A stretch of DNA of 64,000 nucleotides. It comes from an uncultured Desulfospira sp. (lineage in GTDB: Bacteria > Desulfobacterota > Desulfobacteria > Desulfobacterales > Desulfobacteraceae). The position numbers and the translations under genes were made by a program. Shown piece by piece: positions 50,237 through 59,632 of the stretch; position 1 is the stretch's first letter, and each line of letters begins with the position of its first letter. The stretch covers positions 1 to 64,000 of the forward strand of contig OY760175.1 of assembly GCA_963663165.1 (NCBI GenBank), in the 5' to 3' direction. The notes beneath the pieces are model-generated. The model had not been told where the DNA came from. It worked only from the letters and a program-made list of their open reading frames with translations, and searched no databases.

Positions 50237-50613
50237 GTACAAAATGGGGGGGAACCCCTTTCTGCATAATTTTCGGATGATCCTGAAATCCATGAAACCA
50301 TAGACGTCTTGATAGACGGCTGGTGAAATGTATTGAACCAGACGGTGATGTTGCACGCGGCCAACGACACGGTTTCTGCGCTGAAGGCGCTTTTCGACGG
50401 CCTGGTGGGTTCAGGGGGATAGGCAAAATCATTATAAATATTGCCAATACAGGTCACAATATGTGGTAACTGGATAATTCGCTGGAAATCGTTCGATGTA
50501 GTATCATATGGATACTTTTTGGGTGCTGAAGGATTACAGCCCCTGGGTTTTGCCTATTTTTCAGCATTAGCTGAATAGTTACTAAACTTTTTTATGAAAA
50601 ATGATCGAAATTT

Positions 50614-50647
50614 AAAAAAGCCCCTGAGTAAGAACCTACTCAGGGGC
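50614..50647 (-). terminator. Terminator of the cold-shock gene
   Basis: GCCCCTGAGTA/TACTCAGGGGC stem plus T-tract on the minus strand. Confidence 0.85.
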
Positions 50648-50674
50648 CAAAATGTCACAGGGATAAATGGGATA

Positions 50675-50878
50675 TTAAATCACGGTCACATTTGCAGCTG
50701 CCGGTCCTTTGGGACCCTGTACAATGTCGAATGAAACCTGATCACCTTCATTGAGAGATTTAAAACCAACTGCGTTGATACCTGAATGATGGACAAACAC
50801 GTCGTTGCCACCATCTGCCTGTTCAATAAATCCAAAACCTTTTGACTCGCTAAACCATTTTACAATACCATTTGCCAT
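50675..50878 (-). CDS. Cold-shock protein (CspA family)
   Basis: VKWF...KGFGFI and DVFVHHS motifs. Confidence 0.95.
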   Translation of the reverse strand: MANGIVKWFSESKGFGFIEQADGGNDVFVHHSGINAVGFKSLNEGDQVSFDIVQGPKGPAAANVTVI

Positions 50879-51366
50879 GTAGGCGTTCTCCTAAATAAAA
50901 AATAAAAATAAATCGCTTCTAACTTTGGGGTAATCACGGACTTTTTGAGATATACACCTTGGAAAGGAAACTTAAGCACTTCAAGAATAGTGCAATGGGT
51001 ACCCATCATACAGGGAAAAGTGAAGATGTCAAGAACAATAAATTAAATAACTTGAAATTTCTGTGTATTAGTATAAAATTAGTTCTTTATAAATGTAAAG
51101 ATACATTCCCTGACAGAATATTTTCTTTCAGGTAGTCCTCGTTGACCTCGTTGTCTGACAAACATCGTACGTTGCCGTTGAAGTTTTTACCGACACTTAA
51201 CCGTGAAAACCGTATGAAGATTTTGTTGGAAACGTTTTTAATGTCTTCTCCAATCTGGTGATCTTTTTATCACCACTTACCTTTTTCACTATATACAAAT
51301 TTATTGATACAGCCCCCGTCAGGTAGGTCCTGCGTCCGGAGGAACGATCATCAATTAGGAGTATTA

Positions 51367-51847
51367 ATGCGTTTTACCCAGTTTAATTTTCACCCTGACA
51401 TTCTCTCAGGTATTGGTGATGCCGGTTTCATCAATCCTACCCCCATTCAACAACAAAAAATCCCCTCCATTCTTCAGGACAAGGACGTTCTCGGCCTGGC
51501 CCAGACCGGTACCGGAAAGACAGCAGCCTTCGTGTTACCCATTCTCCAGCGCCTGGTCAGTCGGCCTTCAGCCAAACTCAATGCTTTGCCGAGGGCACTG
51601 ATTATGGCACCCACACGGGAACTGGCCGAGCAGATTCATGAAAATATTGAAATGATGGCAATTCATAATTAACTATGATTTGCCCGATACTGTTGAAACC
51701 TATATCCACAGAACCGGTAGAACCGGCAGAGCGGATCAGTTTGGCCAGGCCTATACTTTTGCCGCAGCAGAAGATGGTAAAATGATCGCCATGATTGAAA
51801 AGGCGTTGGGCAAAAAAATGACAGACCAGTCTTTCCTCCCGGTTTAA
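51367..51847 (+). pseudogene. DEAD-box RNA helicase (RhlE-like) with a large internal deletion
   Basis: Q-motif, AQTGTGKT and PTRELA, then an out-of-frame jump to INYDLP...[11 protein letters not shown] (motif VI). Confidence 0.9.
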
Positions 51848-51887
51848 TCGACTCGAAAAAGATTACTGCCCCAAAAAAGGAGGAAAC

Positions 51888-52034
51888 ATGGGAGTTAAAA
51901 ATAAATACACTTTTGAAAAGCGGCAAAAGGAATTGGCTAAAAAAAAGAAAAAGGAAGAGAAAAAACAACGCAGAGTGGAAAAGGAAAACCTGATTGAAGA
52001 TGATCTCCCCACTGATTTGGGCAAAACCGAGTAG
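51888..52034 (+). CDS. Small Lys/Glu-rich protein (48 aa, below ORF-track cutoff)
   Basis: AGGAGG RBS; MGVKNKYTFEKRQKELAKKKKKEEKKQRR... Confidence 0.7.
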   Translation: MGVKNKYTFEKRQKELAKKKKKEEKKQRRVEKENLIEDDLPTDLGKTE

Positions 52035-52042
52035 GAGGTCTT

Positions 52043-52696
52043 ATGTCTGATATCCGGCTCCGCTACACAACGTTGGAAATCGGGCATATGGATATTCATA
52101 TAAGGATGCTTCGGGATATACTCCAGTTTCATGATACCGACGAAGCCGCAAAAAAGCTCGGCATATCTTCTGCTGCCTGGCCAATGTTCGGCGTAGTCTG
52201 GCCTGCAGGCGAGGTGCTTGCCAACCTGATGCTTAATTACCATGTGGATGGGAAACGGGTGCTGGAAGTCGGGTGCGGCATTGCTCTTGCCAGTATCGTT
52301 CTGAGCCTGCGGTCTGCAGACATTACAGCAACTGACCACCATCCTGAAACAGAAAGGTTTCTGATTTATAATACAGGATTGAACGGTGGAAAAATGATTC
52401 CATTTGTGCGAACCGGGTGGGCTGATTTGATCAGTGATGGACTCGGCACCTTTGATCTCATCATTGGTGCTGATCTGCTTTACGAGAGTGAACACGTTGA
52501 CCTTTTGGCCGCATTTATAAATCAACATGGCCGTTGTCACTGCGATGTGATCATCGTTGATCCAGGGCGAGGATTTCATGCAAAATTTACCACGAAAATG
52601 TTAAGCCTCGGGTATTCCCACATCCATGAGAAACCCAAGAATACAAACTATTTGGATAAAAAATTCAAAGGCTGGATTATGACCTATTCCCGGTAG
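52043..52696 (+). CDS. Class I SAM-dependent methyltransferase (lysine-MTase-like)
   Basis: FGVVWPAG, VLEVGCGIAL and IIGADLLYE motifs. Confidence 0.88.
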   Translation: MSDIRLRYTTLEIGHMDIHIRMLRDILQFHDTDEAAKKLGISSAAWPMFGVVWPAGEVLANLMLNYHVDGKRVLEVGCGIALASIVLSLRSADITATDHHPETERFLIYNTGLNGGKMIPFVRTGWADLISDGLGTFDLIIGADLLYESEHVDLLAAFINQHGRCHCDVIIVDPGRGFHAKFTTKMLSLGYSHIHEKPKNTNYLDKKFKGWIMTYSR

Positions 52697-52721
52697 CCCT
52701 ATAAAACGAAAGGACGTGCGA

Positions 52722-53093
52722 ATGAATATTTATGTTGGAAATTTTACGTTCCAGATGGCTGAAAATGACCTCAGGCAAATGTTCGAAACCTTTGGCAGGG
52801 TAGAAACCGTTAAAATCATAAAAAACAGATTCAGTGGTCGGTTAAAGGGATTTGGTTTTGTGGAAATGCCAAAAAATGCGCAAGCAGATAAGGCCGTCAA
52901 AGCCTTGAATGGTGATATGATTGAAAAAAGACCCATAAAGGTTATTCCCACCGATTCTGGAGCCCCAAAAAAGAAAACCGTTTTAGAAAAAGAAGATACT
53001 GAACCTTACACAAGAACAATCAGAGAGTTAACAAACCCTATCCTTTTTTTGTCCTTTAAAGGCCTTTCTTATTACTTGAGTAGAGAATTATGA
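52722..53093 (+). CDS. RRM RNA-binding protein
   Basis: NIYVGNF (RNP2) and KGFGFVEM (RNP1). Confidence 0.9.
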   Translation: MNIYVGNFTFQMAENDLRQMFETFGRVETVKIIKNRFSGRLKGFGFVEMPKNAQADKAVKALNGDMIEKRPIKVIPTDSGAPKKKTVLEKEDTEPYTRTIRELTNPILFLSFKGLSYYLSREL

Positions 53094-53800
53094 ATATGTC
53101 GAATCAGCCCGACCAGGAAAGTGAATTCAAAGAAATTTTGTTTCAAACCATCCAGGAAAAACTATCCCAAAAAAAAGCAGATGGTTTAAAGTTCCATGAC
53201 GCTATTCTGCTTGTCTTTCAGGAGGTACTTGAGTTTTCAGACAGTATTGTACAAAATCTTGAAGAAAATGGACAAAGTCCTAAAGTAGCCTGCAGGAGCG
53301 GATGCAACTATTGCTGCCACTCTCAGGTCAATATAATCCCAATTGAGGCCCTGCTTATTTCAGCATTCATCAAAACAGATTTCACCTTCACTGAGGTCAG
53401 TGCTTTAAACGCAGAGATATCCCAGATCCATTTACTGACCGCCGGTAAAACATTGGAACAGCTCTATGCCCTAAAGGACGATCTGCCGTGCCTGTTTCTC
53501 AAGAAAGGGAAATGCAGTATATATAAGATGCGGCCCAGTATTTGCCGGTCATGGAACTCATTTGATTCAGTAGCGTGCAAAGCCGCTTATGATTCCGCTG
53601 ATTATAGATCCTCGATCATAGGCTCTCCTGCCAGAAATTTTATTTTTGGTACAACCAGAGCGTTATTTGGGCAACTTTCCGAAGCTTTCTCACTCCAGTC
53701 AGAGACCTTATTGCTTCCGAATGCGATGTCAGATTGTTTAAACAATGCTGATTCCATAAGTCAATGGGCAAAGGGTTATGACGTTTTCAGATACGAGTAA
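53090..53800 (+). CDS. YkgJ-family cysteine cluster protein
   Basis: ACRSGCNYCC and CLFL...CSIY..RP..CR motifs. Confidence 0.88.
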   Translation: MNMSNQPDQESEFKEILFQTIQEKLSQKKADGLKFHDAILLVFQEVLEFSDSIVQNLEENGQSPKVACRSGCNYCCHSQVNIIPIEALLISAFIKTDFTFTEVSALNAEISQIHLLTAGKTLEQLYALKDDLPCLFLKKGKCSIYKMRPSICRSWNSFDSVACKAAYDSADYRSSIIGSPARNFIFGTTRALFGQLSEAFSLQSETLLLPNAMSDCLNNADSISQWAKGYDVFRYE

Positions 53801-53928
53801 TCCCCCCCCCCCCTTTTTTTTTAAATCCCAAATACGTGCTCAGGGACACACATTCTGTTCGAGCGTTGAAGAAATAACGAGAAGCTATCTCCCAAATCAA
53901 AGCGATTTATTAATTTAATATTCTGTGC

Positions 53929-53945
53929 TTAAGTTAATGACATTG
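53929..53945. mobile_element. Orphan IS4 terminal inverted repeat
   Basis: TTAAGTTAATGACATTG, identical to 6311-6327. Confidence 0.85.
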
Positions 53946-54017
53946 AGTTTTCTTCTATGAAAAAGATCTTGACAATTTAATTTTACGCTGACTCCAATTA
54001 TCATGATTTATCCGTCT

Positions 54018-55367
54018 TCATTTGGATTGATTGATAATGGGTTCAAGCGGATTTCCCTGGTCTAAAAACCGTTTAAACTCATCTGAAATCCTGTCATCTT
54101 TTGCCACATTGTTCCAAAAGGTATGTGCCGATCTTTTTACCCTTTCAAGGTCATCCTGACTGACATTTGCATCCGGGGTATTCGATACATCAAAAAGAAA
54201 GGGTTGTACTTCTCCTCCGCTTTTAGGCGCAAACCCCATTGAGCACATATCATAACATGGCAACAATCGAAATGAATCCTGCTCCATGGTTAAACTCAGA
54301 TTACCTGGATGCATATCAGTATTGTTAATGAGTTGGCCAAAATAAATGCTCAGTTGTTTGTACATCCTGTTCAGTAACAAGATTCTGAGTAAAAAGTTCA
54401 TTCATAATTTTCGGCCAGCTATGGCCAAGACCTGCGAATTCATTATCAATAGATTGCAATGAGACCATTGAGGCGCGACCAAACTCTCCAAACCGGTCAA
54501 ACCTTTGTGTTTCCAGAAACAAGCGCCCATCCATTTCAAAAAGGTTGGTTTTTGCAGACAGATAGATACTCTCGCTTATAATTCGGGATGCATGATATTC
54601 GGTAACTAAAAGATCTCTCCATCTTTGAGCTACGTCATTGTTGCCTTTGGGTGAAAATTTAACAATTACATGAGACCTATTACCGCTTGTTGCAGGAGAG
54701 GCAGGTTCGCTTTTGAAAGCCGTGAATTTGGGTTGTTCCCCTCCGGCGGATGATCCAGGGAGTTCCCCTTTCATTACGTTCTCTGCGAGTATCGGGTAAT
54801 GGTGAACTGAAATCGGAATTGCTTTCCGACGGATACGTATCAACGCTTGTTCGCCAAATATAAAATGCCCAGGCAGATCATCGCCATTGGAGATTAAGTA
54901 TTTTCCAATATGCTTATTTGTCCACTGCCTTGGATCAGAAGGGAAATCATCATGCCTTTTTGCAATTTCTCGAGCAACCTGCCGACCTAAATAACCTTGT
55001 GGCCTCAGATCGTAAAGAAAATATGGAAGGTCGTCATACAGGCCGTTCCCACGTTCTCCCAATAACAGAGATGAAATTGAATTCAAGGGTTCCAAAAAAA
55101 AACCCCGTGAATCAAAGGGCGAATATAGGCAATGACCATAGCTTTTCCGGCATGGTCAATAATACCTAAAGGTATTTTATCATCAGCTCCAAATGCATTG
55201 CAGGTTGCAGCGTACCTGATTAAGCGTCCTTCTTGTATTTGAACAACACTATTCCCCATCTCCCTTAATCTACGCGCAACCGAACTTTGACTAAGACCGG
55301 TTGCGGCCTGAATTTCTTTTGATGTGGAGGGTCCTCGTTCTATATATTTTTTTATTGTAACCGTCAT
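54018..55367 (-). pseudogene. yjjJ: HipA-like kinase toxin YjjJ, two frameshifts
   Basis: N-terminal HTH; DLRPQGYLGR, GSSAGGEQPKF, RFDR, NTDMHPGN and PCYDM motifs spread over three frames. Confidence 0.85.
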
Positions 55368-55528
55368 AACGACACTCTGAATAGGTTTTTAGCTTACATA
55401 TTGACTAATAAAACATAAAGAATATATTCGGTATAAAAATATTATCAATAGGTTAATTGTTATATCTTATTAATTTTGACGTTCTTCTTGACTAAGAACA
55501 GGATAAAATTATGGTCAGCAAATTGGTT

Positions 55529-55557
55529 CGGGCGAACGACCAAAATCTGCAGCTCGT
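55529..55557 (-). other. Right half of an attC-like site
   Basis: Minus strand ACGAG CTGCAG ATTTTG GTC GTT matches the right arms of the sites at 4043 and 7727. Confidence 0.5.
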
Positions 55558-55610
55558 GCCAGGTAGCCGGGGATCGTTACCGGTCCCAAGCCCCTTAAGA
55601 ACCGGACGTG
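55558..55610 (-). ncRNA. Group II intron 3' remnant (3' half of domain V + domain VI)
   Basis: Minus strand CACGTCCGGTTCTTAAGGGGCTTGGGACCGGTAACGATCCCCGGCTACCTGGC. Confidence 0.75.
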
Positions 55611-55611
55611 T

Positions 55612-55896
55612 CACCGGCATTGGGTATTCAGCATTCCCAAACGATTACGGATTTATTTCCTTTATGACCGCAAATTACTGGCAAAATTATCACGCTGTGC
55701 CTGGAAGGTTATGACTACATATTTAGAATCTGCTGTTTCCGATCATAGTGCCGTTCCCGGAGCCAGTATGGCGGTGCAGACATATGGTGATTTTTTAAAT
55801 CCTAACCCACATCTGCATGCCATCGCTACAGACGGTTGTTTCCTTGAAGGCGGCAGTTTCAAGACGGCTCCCGGTTTTATACTGAAAGATTTGTAA
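55612..55896 (+). pseudogene. IS91-like (Y2 HUH) transposase fragment
   Basis: HRHWVFSIPKRLRIYFLYDRKLL...QTYGDFLNPNPHLHAIATDG. Confidence 0.8.
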
Positions 55897-55971
55897 GCAG
55901 CCATTCTCCGTATTCAATGACTCTTTTCTGATGGCAAGATGGGCAGAAATCTGGCGCGCAAAGATCAGATC

Positions 55972-56038
55972 AATTCGGGGAACACGATACTAAAATATTT
56001 GCAAGCCAATTTTAATTTTGTTTCGTGTCCCCCGAATT
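55972..56038. repeat. Inverted repeat, REP-like
   Basis: AATTCGGGGAACACGA ... TCGTGTCCCCCGAATT (15/16). Confidence 0.7.
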
Positions 56039-56040
56039 TA

Positions 56041-56163
56041 AACAAATAATGAAAGTCTTCTCAAGATGTTAGTGAGACTTTCATATAAAAAACAAATATG
56101 AAGCACTGATGAACAGTTACGGCCCCTGTTTTTGCTTAATTTTCAGCATTAGCTGAATAGTTA
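56041..56163 (+). repeat. Partial family A copy fused to a partial family B MITE
   Basis: 56041-56090 matches the 3' half of family A; 56091-56163 matches about 25777-25848. Confidence 0.8.
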
Positions 56164-56198
56164 TTTTAATTTTAGCTATACAATCCAATGTCATTAAC

Positions 56199-58041
56199 CC
56201 CAAAACAAGCGTGTTATAAAAAATGAATTTCTCATAAGCAATTGTCGACCCGAGCTATTATTTTGTGTCTCCAATTTCCATCAAACAGACGCACGAGTCC
56301 TGATGTTTTTTGGAATACTGCCGATTGTGTTGTGGTTCATTGCTTAAATTCCCTTTTGAAATCTACAGGTTTTAGACTCGCCATTGCAGCCCGTTTGCAA
56401 TAACTGTCCGGAGCAAAGGCATCATGTAACCCAGGCAGTCTTCAAAGAGTTAAAAAACTTGAACACGCTTGTGAGCCTGTTGTTATAACCAATGATTCGA
56501 TATTTAATGGCCCTGCTGGAACGTATGATCAAGCAAGGGATATTTATAAATGTCTGGATAAAGCGTTTGAATTCCATACGGACGATGGAGAGACCTAAAG
56601 CTCGATACGGCATCATCATTCCATACCAGGCTTTCAGATCCCATGCCAAAGATGCAACAACCATATAGGCCCAGTTGGCATTTAGGGAATCAGAAGGATT
56701 AGCCATTGCATGCACGCCATGTTTCAACTGATCAATGTCATTTTCGTGATCCGCCCGTTTCCGGTAAAAATCCACCAGGTGCCTGGCTGATTTTTTCCAA
56801 TCGTTTGTGATGTAAAAAAAGTAACGGATATCGTCAAACAATAGACGTTCGCCTTTATACTCATTTATTGTTTTGCGCAGCACGATCATCCGGTAGGGTT
56901 GCCGACATTTACCAGGTTTATATTCAAATTCGGCTATATGTTCACAGGCGGTCTCAAGACGTTTGAAATTGCGTTTTTTGACCACTTGAAGTTTGATATT
57001 TTCGGGACGTTTTCTGGGGATTGTTTTGATGGCTTGCGGCTGTTTTTCAAATATCTCCCATTCGGAATCTGAAAGACCACCGGCCAGTTTTATCAGGTTT
57101 GATCTGGCATCCATGCCAAAGACAAAGGTACAGCGTTGATCCCATTTGTCAAAATTGGAAGTAAGGCTGAAATCAGTATCACCCCGAACGTATAATTTTT
57201 TAAAAGTGCCTTCCAGCAGATCAAGGGACTTATCCACCCAACCCGCAGAGTTGAGGTGGGACGGAGCATTGCCGGATCGATTGATTATATAAAGAGGCTC
57301 CCTTGTTTTTTCCAGAGAGACTATCAGAGGGGCATATCCCCACTTACCATTATAAGAGATGTCCATACCCTGTTTGCACTCGCCGGTTGTTTCACTGATA
57401 GTGCCGTCGATATTGATGATGGCTTCTTTCTTGAAGTTTTGCGGCTGCTTTTCCCATACCTTTTTCCGGATGGTATTTTTGACGTCCTGCAGAGTTATGA
57501 TATCTTCCTTGGAAAACCGGCGCAAAAAGTCTCCGGCTGTAGTGGGATCGGGGATAATTTCTGCATCCAGAGCATTCAACCAGGCTTCATTGTTTCTGAG
57601 CAGCTCAATATCCTGAAGGCAGGTGCCACCGGCAAGAATATTATATGCCATGTTGGCGACATGATCTGATTCATGATAGGGCAAATGGCGTTTAAGCAGT
57701 TCGAGCTCCTTATCAATTTCTTTCAGAAGGCCGGTCTTTTTGGCAAGCATATGAATTAACCCTATGCCGCCGGGAGCAACCCCTTGGAGGCGACCGTCAA
57801 TCTCGTATTGAATGTTGGATGCTTTAAACATAGGGGCTGGCTGTTCATCCCAATCTCTTTTGTTGAGCTTTTTGCTTATTTTTTTCTTGCGTTTTGCCAA
57901 ATTTTTGTTGATATTTTTATTCACTCGAAACGTCCTTTCAATTTGGTATATTTCGTTGTGGTAAACTTATTATACCTTTTATTGATAGGCGTTTCGAGGA
58001 TTTTATCTCATTTTTATTACTTATCTCACGCTTGTTTTGGG
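56199..58041 (-). mobile_element. IS1380-family element
   Basis: Perfect 15-bp TIR CCCAAAACAAGCGTG; ATTAAC duplicated on both sides. Confidence 0.9.
56422..57924 (-). CDS. IS1380-family transposase
   Basis: PDPTTAGDFLRRF, IDGT, RSGN, VRGDTDF and RADHENDIDQLK motifs. Confidence 0.92.
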   Translation of the reverse strand: MNKNINKNLAKRKKKISKKLNKRDWDEQPAPMFKASNIQYEIDGRLQGVAPGGIGLIHMLAKKTGLLKEIDKELELLKRHLPYHESDHVANMAYNILAGGTCLQDIELLRNNEAWLNALDAEIIPDPTTAGDFLRRFSKEDIITLQDVKNTIRKKVWEKQPQNFKKEAIINIDGTISETTGECKQGMDISYNGKWGYAPLIVSLEKTREPLYIINRSGNAPSHLNSAGWVDKSLDLLEGTFKKLYVRGDTDFSLTSNFDKWDQRCTFVFGMDARSNLIKLAGGLSDSEWEIFEKQPQAIKTIPRKRPENIKLQVVKKRNFKRLETACEHIAEFEYKPGKCRQPYRMIVLRKTINEYKGERLLFDDIRYFFYITNDWKKSARHLVDFYRKRADHENDIDQLKHGVHAMANPSDSLNANWAYMVVASLAWDLKAWYGMMMPYRALGLSIVRMEFKRFIQTFINIPCLIIRSSRAIKYRIIGYNNRLTSVFKFFNSLKTAWVT

Positions 58042-58178
58042 ATTAACGCTTAAGTTAATGACATTGCTATACAATCTACTGGTTACGCAAGAATGAGTGG
58101 TCCGACCCTATATCATCAAAAGCCTGCGCTCCTTTATTTTCTTAAAGCCGGTTTCGATCAGAATGGTGCATTAGGAAA

Positions 58179-58880
58179 TCAGACCCCGAGAAATCGGGCC
58201 TGAAGCTTTGGGTCGGATGCCAGGGCCTTTGAGGGACCCGACCAGACAATGGCCCCTTTTTCCATTATGTAGTGCCGCTGGGCAAGTTTCAGCAGGGCTT
58301 TAAGGTTTTTATCCACAATAAGGATGGAGATGCCCCGGGCCTTTAATTTTTTAAGGCTGTTCCAGATTTCCTGCCGGATCAGGGGCGCTAAGCCCTCTGT
58401 GGCTTCGTCCAGGATCAGCAGTCTTGGGTTGATCATCAATACCCTCGCAATGGCCAGCATCTGCTGTTCTCCTCCGGAAAGCTGGTTTCCAAAGTGCTTG
58501 AGCCTCTCTTTCAGCCTGGGAAACAGGGCCAGGACATCTTCCATGGACCAGGGATTTTCCATGCCCGTGTGGTTGGCAGCCGCGGCCAGCATGTTCTCCC
58601 TTACCGTAAGGCTGGAAAAGATCTGCCGGCCTTCGGGCACCAGTCCGATGCCCTTTCTGGCAGGGATGTAGGCCGGGGCGGCATGGATTTTTTCCCCCCT
58701 GAAAATGATGCTGCCGGATGTTACTTTGGCAAGGCCGGTAATGGATTTGATGGTGGTGCTTTTTCCCATGCCGTTGCGGCCAAGAAGGGTCACCACCTCT
58801 GACGGGCCGATTTCAAGGGATACGTTGAACAGGGCCTGGCTTAGGTCATAAAAAGTATTTATATTTTCCACCTTCAGCAC
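58179..58880 (-). CDS. ABC ATPase (LivF-like)
   Basis: GRNGMGKST and LSGGEQQM motifs. Confidence 0.92.
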   Translation of the reverse strand: MLKVENINTFYDLSQALFNVSLEIGPSEVVTLLGRNGMGKSTTIKSITGLAKVTSGSIIFRGEKIHAAPAYIPARKGIGLVPEGRQIFSSLTVRENMLAAAANHTGMENPWSMEDVLALFPRLKERLKHFGNQLSGGEQQMLAIARVLMINPRLLILDEATEGLAPLIRQEIWNSLKKLKARGISILIVDKNLKALLKLAQRHYIMEKGAIVWSGPSKALASDPKLQARFLGV

Positions 58881-59632
58881 GAAAACCCCTCCTCGCCAAG
58901 ATAGGCCTCTTTGACGGCCTTATTCTCCCGGATCCGGTCCGGCGGGGCACTGGCGATATTTTCCCCGTAAACCAGAACCGTTACCATGTCGGCCAGGGAA
59001 AACACCACATCCATGTCGTGTTCAACCAGCAGGATGGTCAGGTCTGACTTGATCCTGCGGATCAGCCGGGTCATCTCCACGGTTCCGCCGGGTCCCATGC
59101 CGGCCATGGGTTCATCCATGATCAAAAGATCCGGCTTCCCGGTAAGGGCCATGCCTACTTCAAGCTGCCGCTTTTCGCCGTGGGAAAGATGGCGGGCAGG
59201 CATCATGGCCTGGGAGGTAAGGTCTACCTGTGAAAGGGCCCCGGGCAGCCGGGCCTTTACCACATCGGCATCCAGGCATTTTTCCCAGAACCTGAAATTG
59301 TGGCCGGCATGGGCGCAGATGGCAAGGGCCATGTTTTCAGAGACGGTCAGATTTTCAAAAATATGGGTAATCTGAAAAGACCGGGCCATGCCAAGCCTTG
59401 GCCGTTTGTGGGCTTTAAGAAAGGTAACGTCTTTTCCCTTGAAAAGAATCCGGCCGTTGTCCGGCAGGATATCTCCGGTGATCTGGTTGACCGCCGTGGT
59501 CTTGCCGGCACCGTTGGGACCGATCAGGGCGTGGACATGTCCTTTTTTAATGGACATGCTCAGGTTGTCGGTGGCTTTGACCGCCCCGAATGTCTTATTC
59601 AGGTTACACACTTCAAGCAAAAAATCAGTCAT
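58874..59632 (-). CDS. ABC ATPase (LivG-like)
   Basis: GPNGAGKTT, LSHGEKR and EAYLG motifs. Confidence 0.92.
   Translation of the reverse strand: MTDFLLEVCNLNKTFGAVKATDNLSMSIKKGHVHALIGPNGAGKTTAVNQITGDILPDNGRILFKGKDVTFLKAHKRPRLGMARSFQITHIFENLTVSENMALAICAHAGHNFRFWEKCLDADVVKARLPGALSQVDLTSQAMMPARHLSHGEKRQLEVGMALTGKPDLLIMDEPMAGMGPGGTVEMTRLIRRIKSDLTILLVEHDMDVVFSLADMVTVLVYGENIASAPPDRIRENKAVKEAYLGEEGFSC

Larger units (their letters stand above)
56186..58066. mobile_element. IS4-ended unit enclosing an IS1380
   Basis: CAATGTCATTAAC ... TTAAGTTAATGACATTG with a 10-bp TSD CTATACAATC (56176-56185, 58067-58076). Confidence 0.88.
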
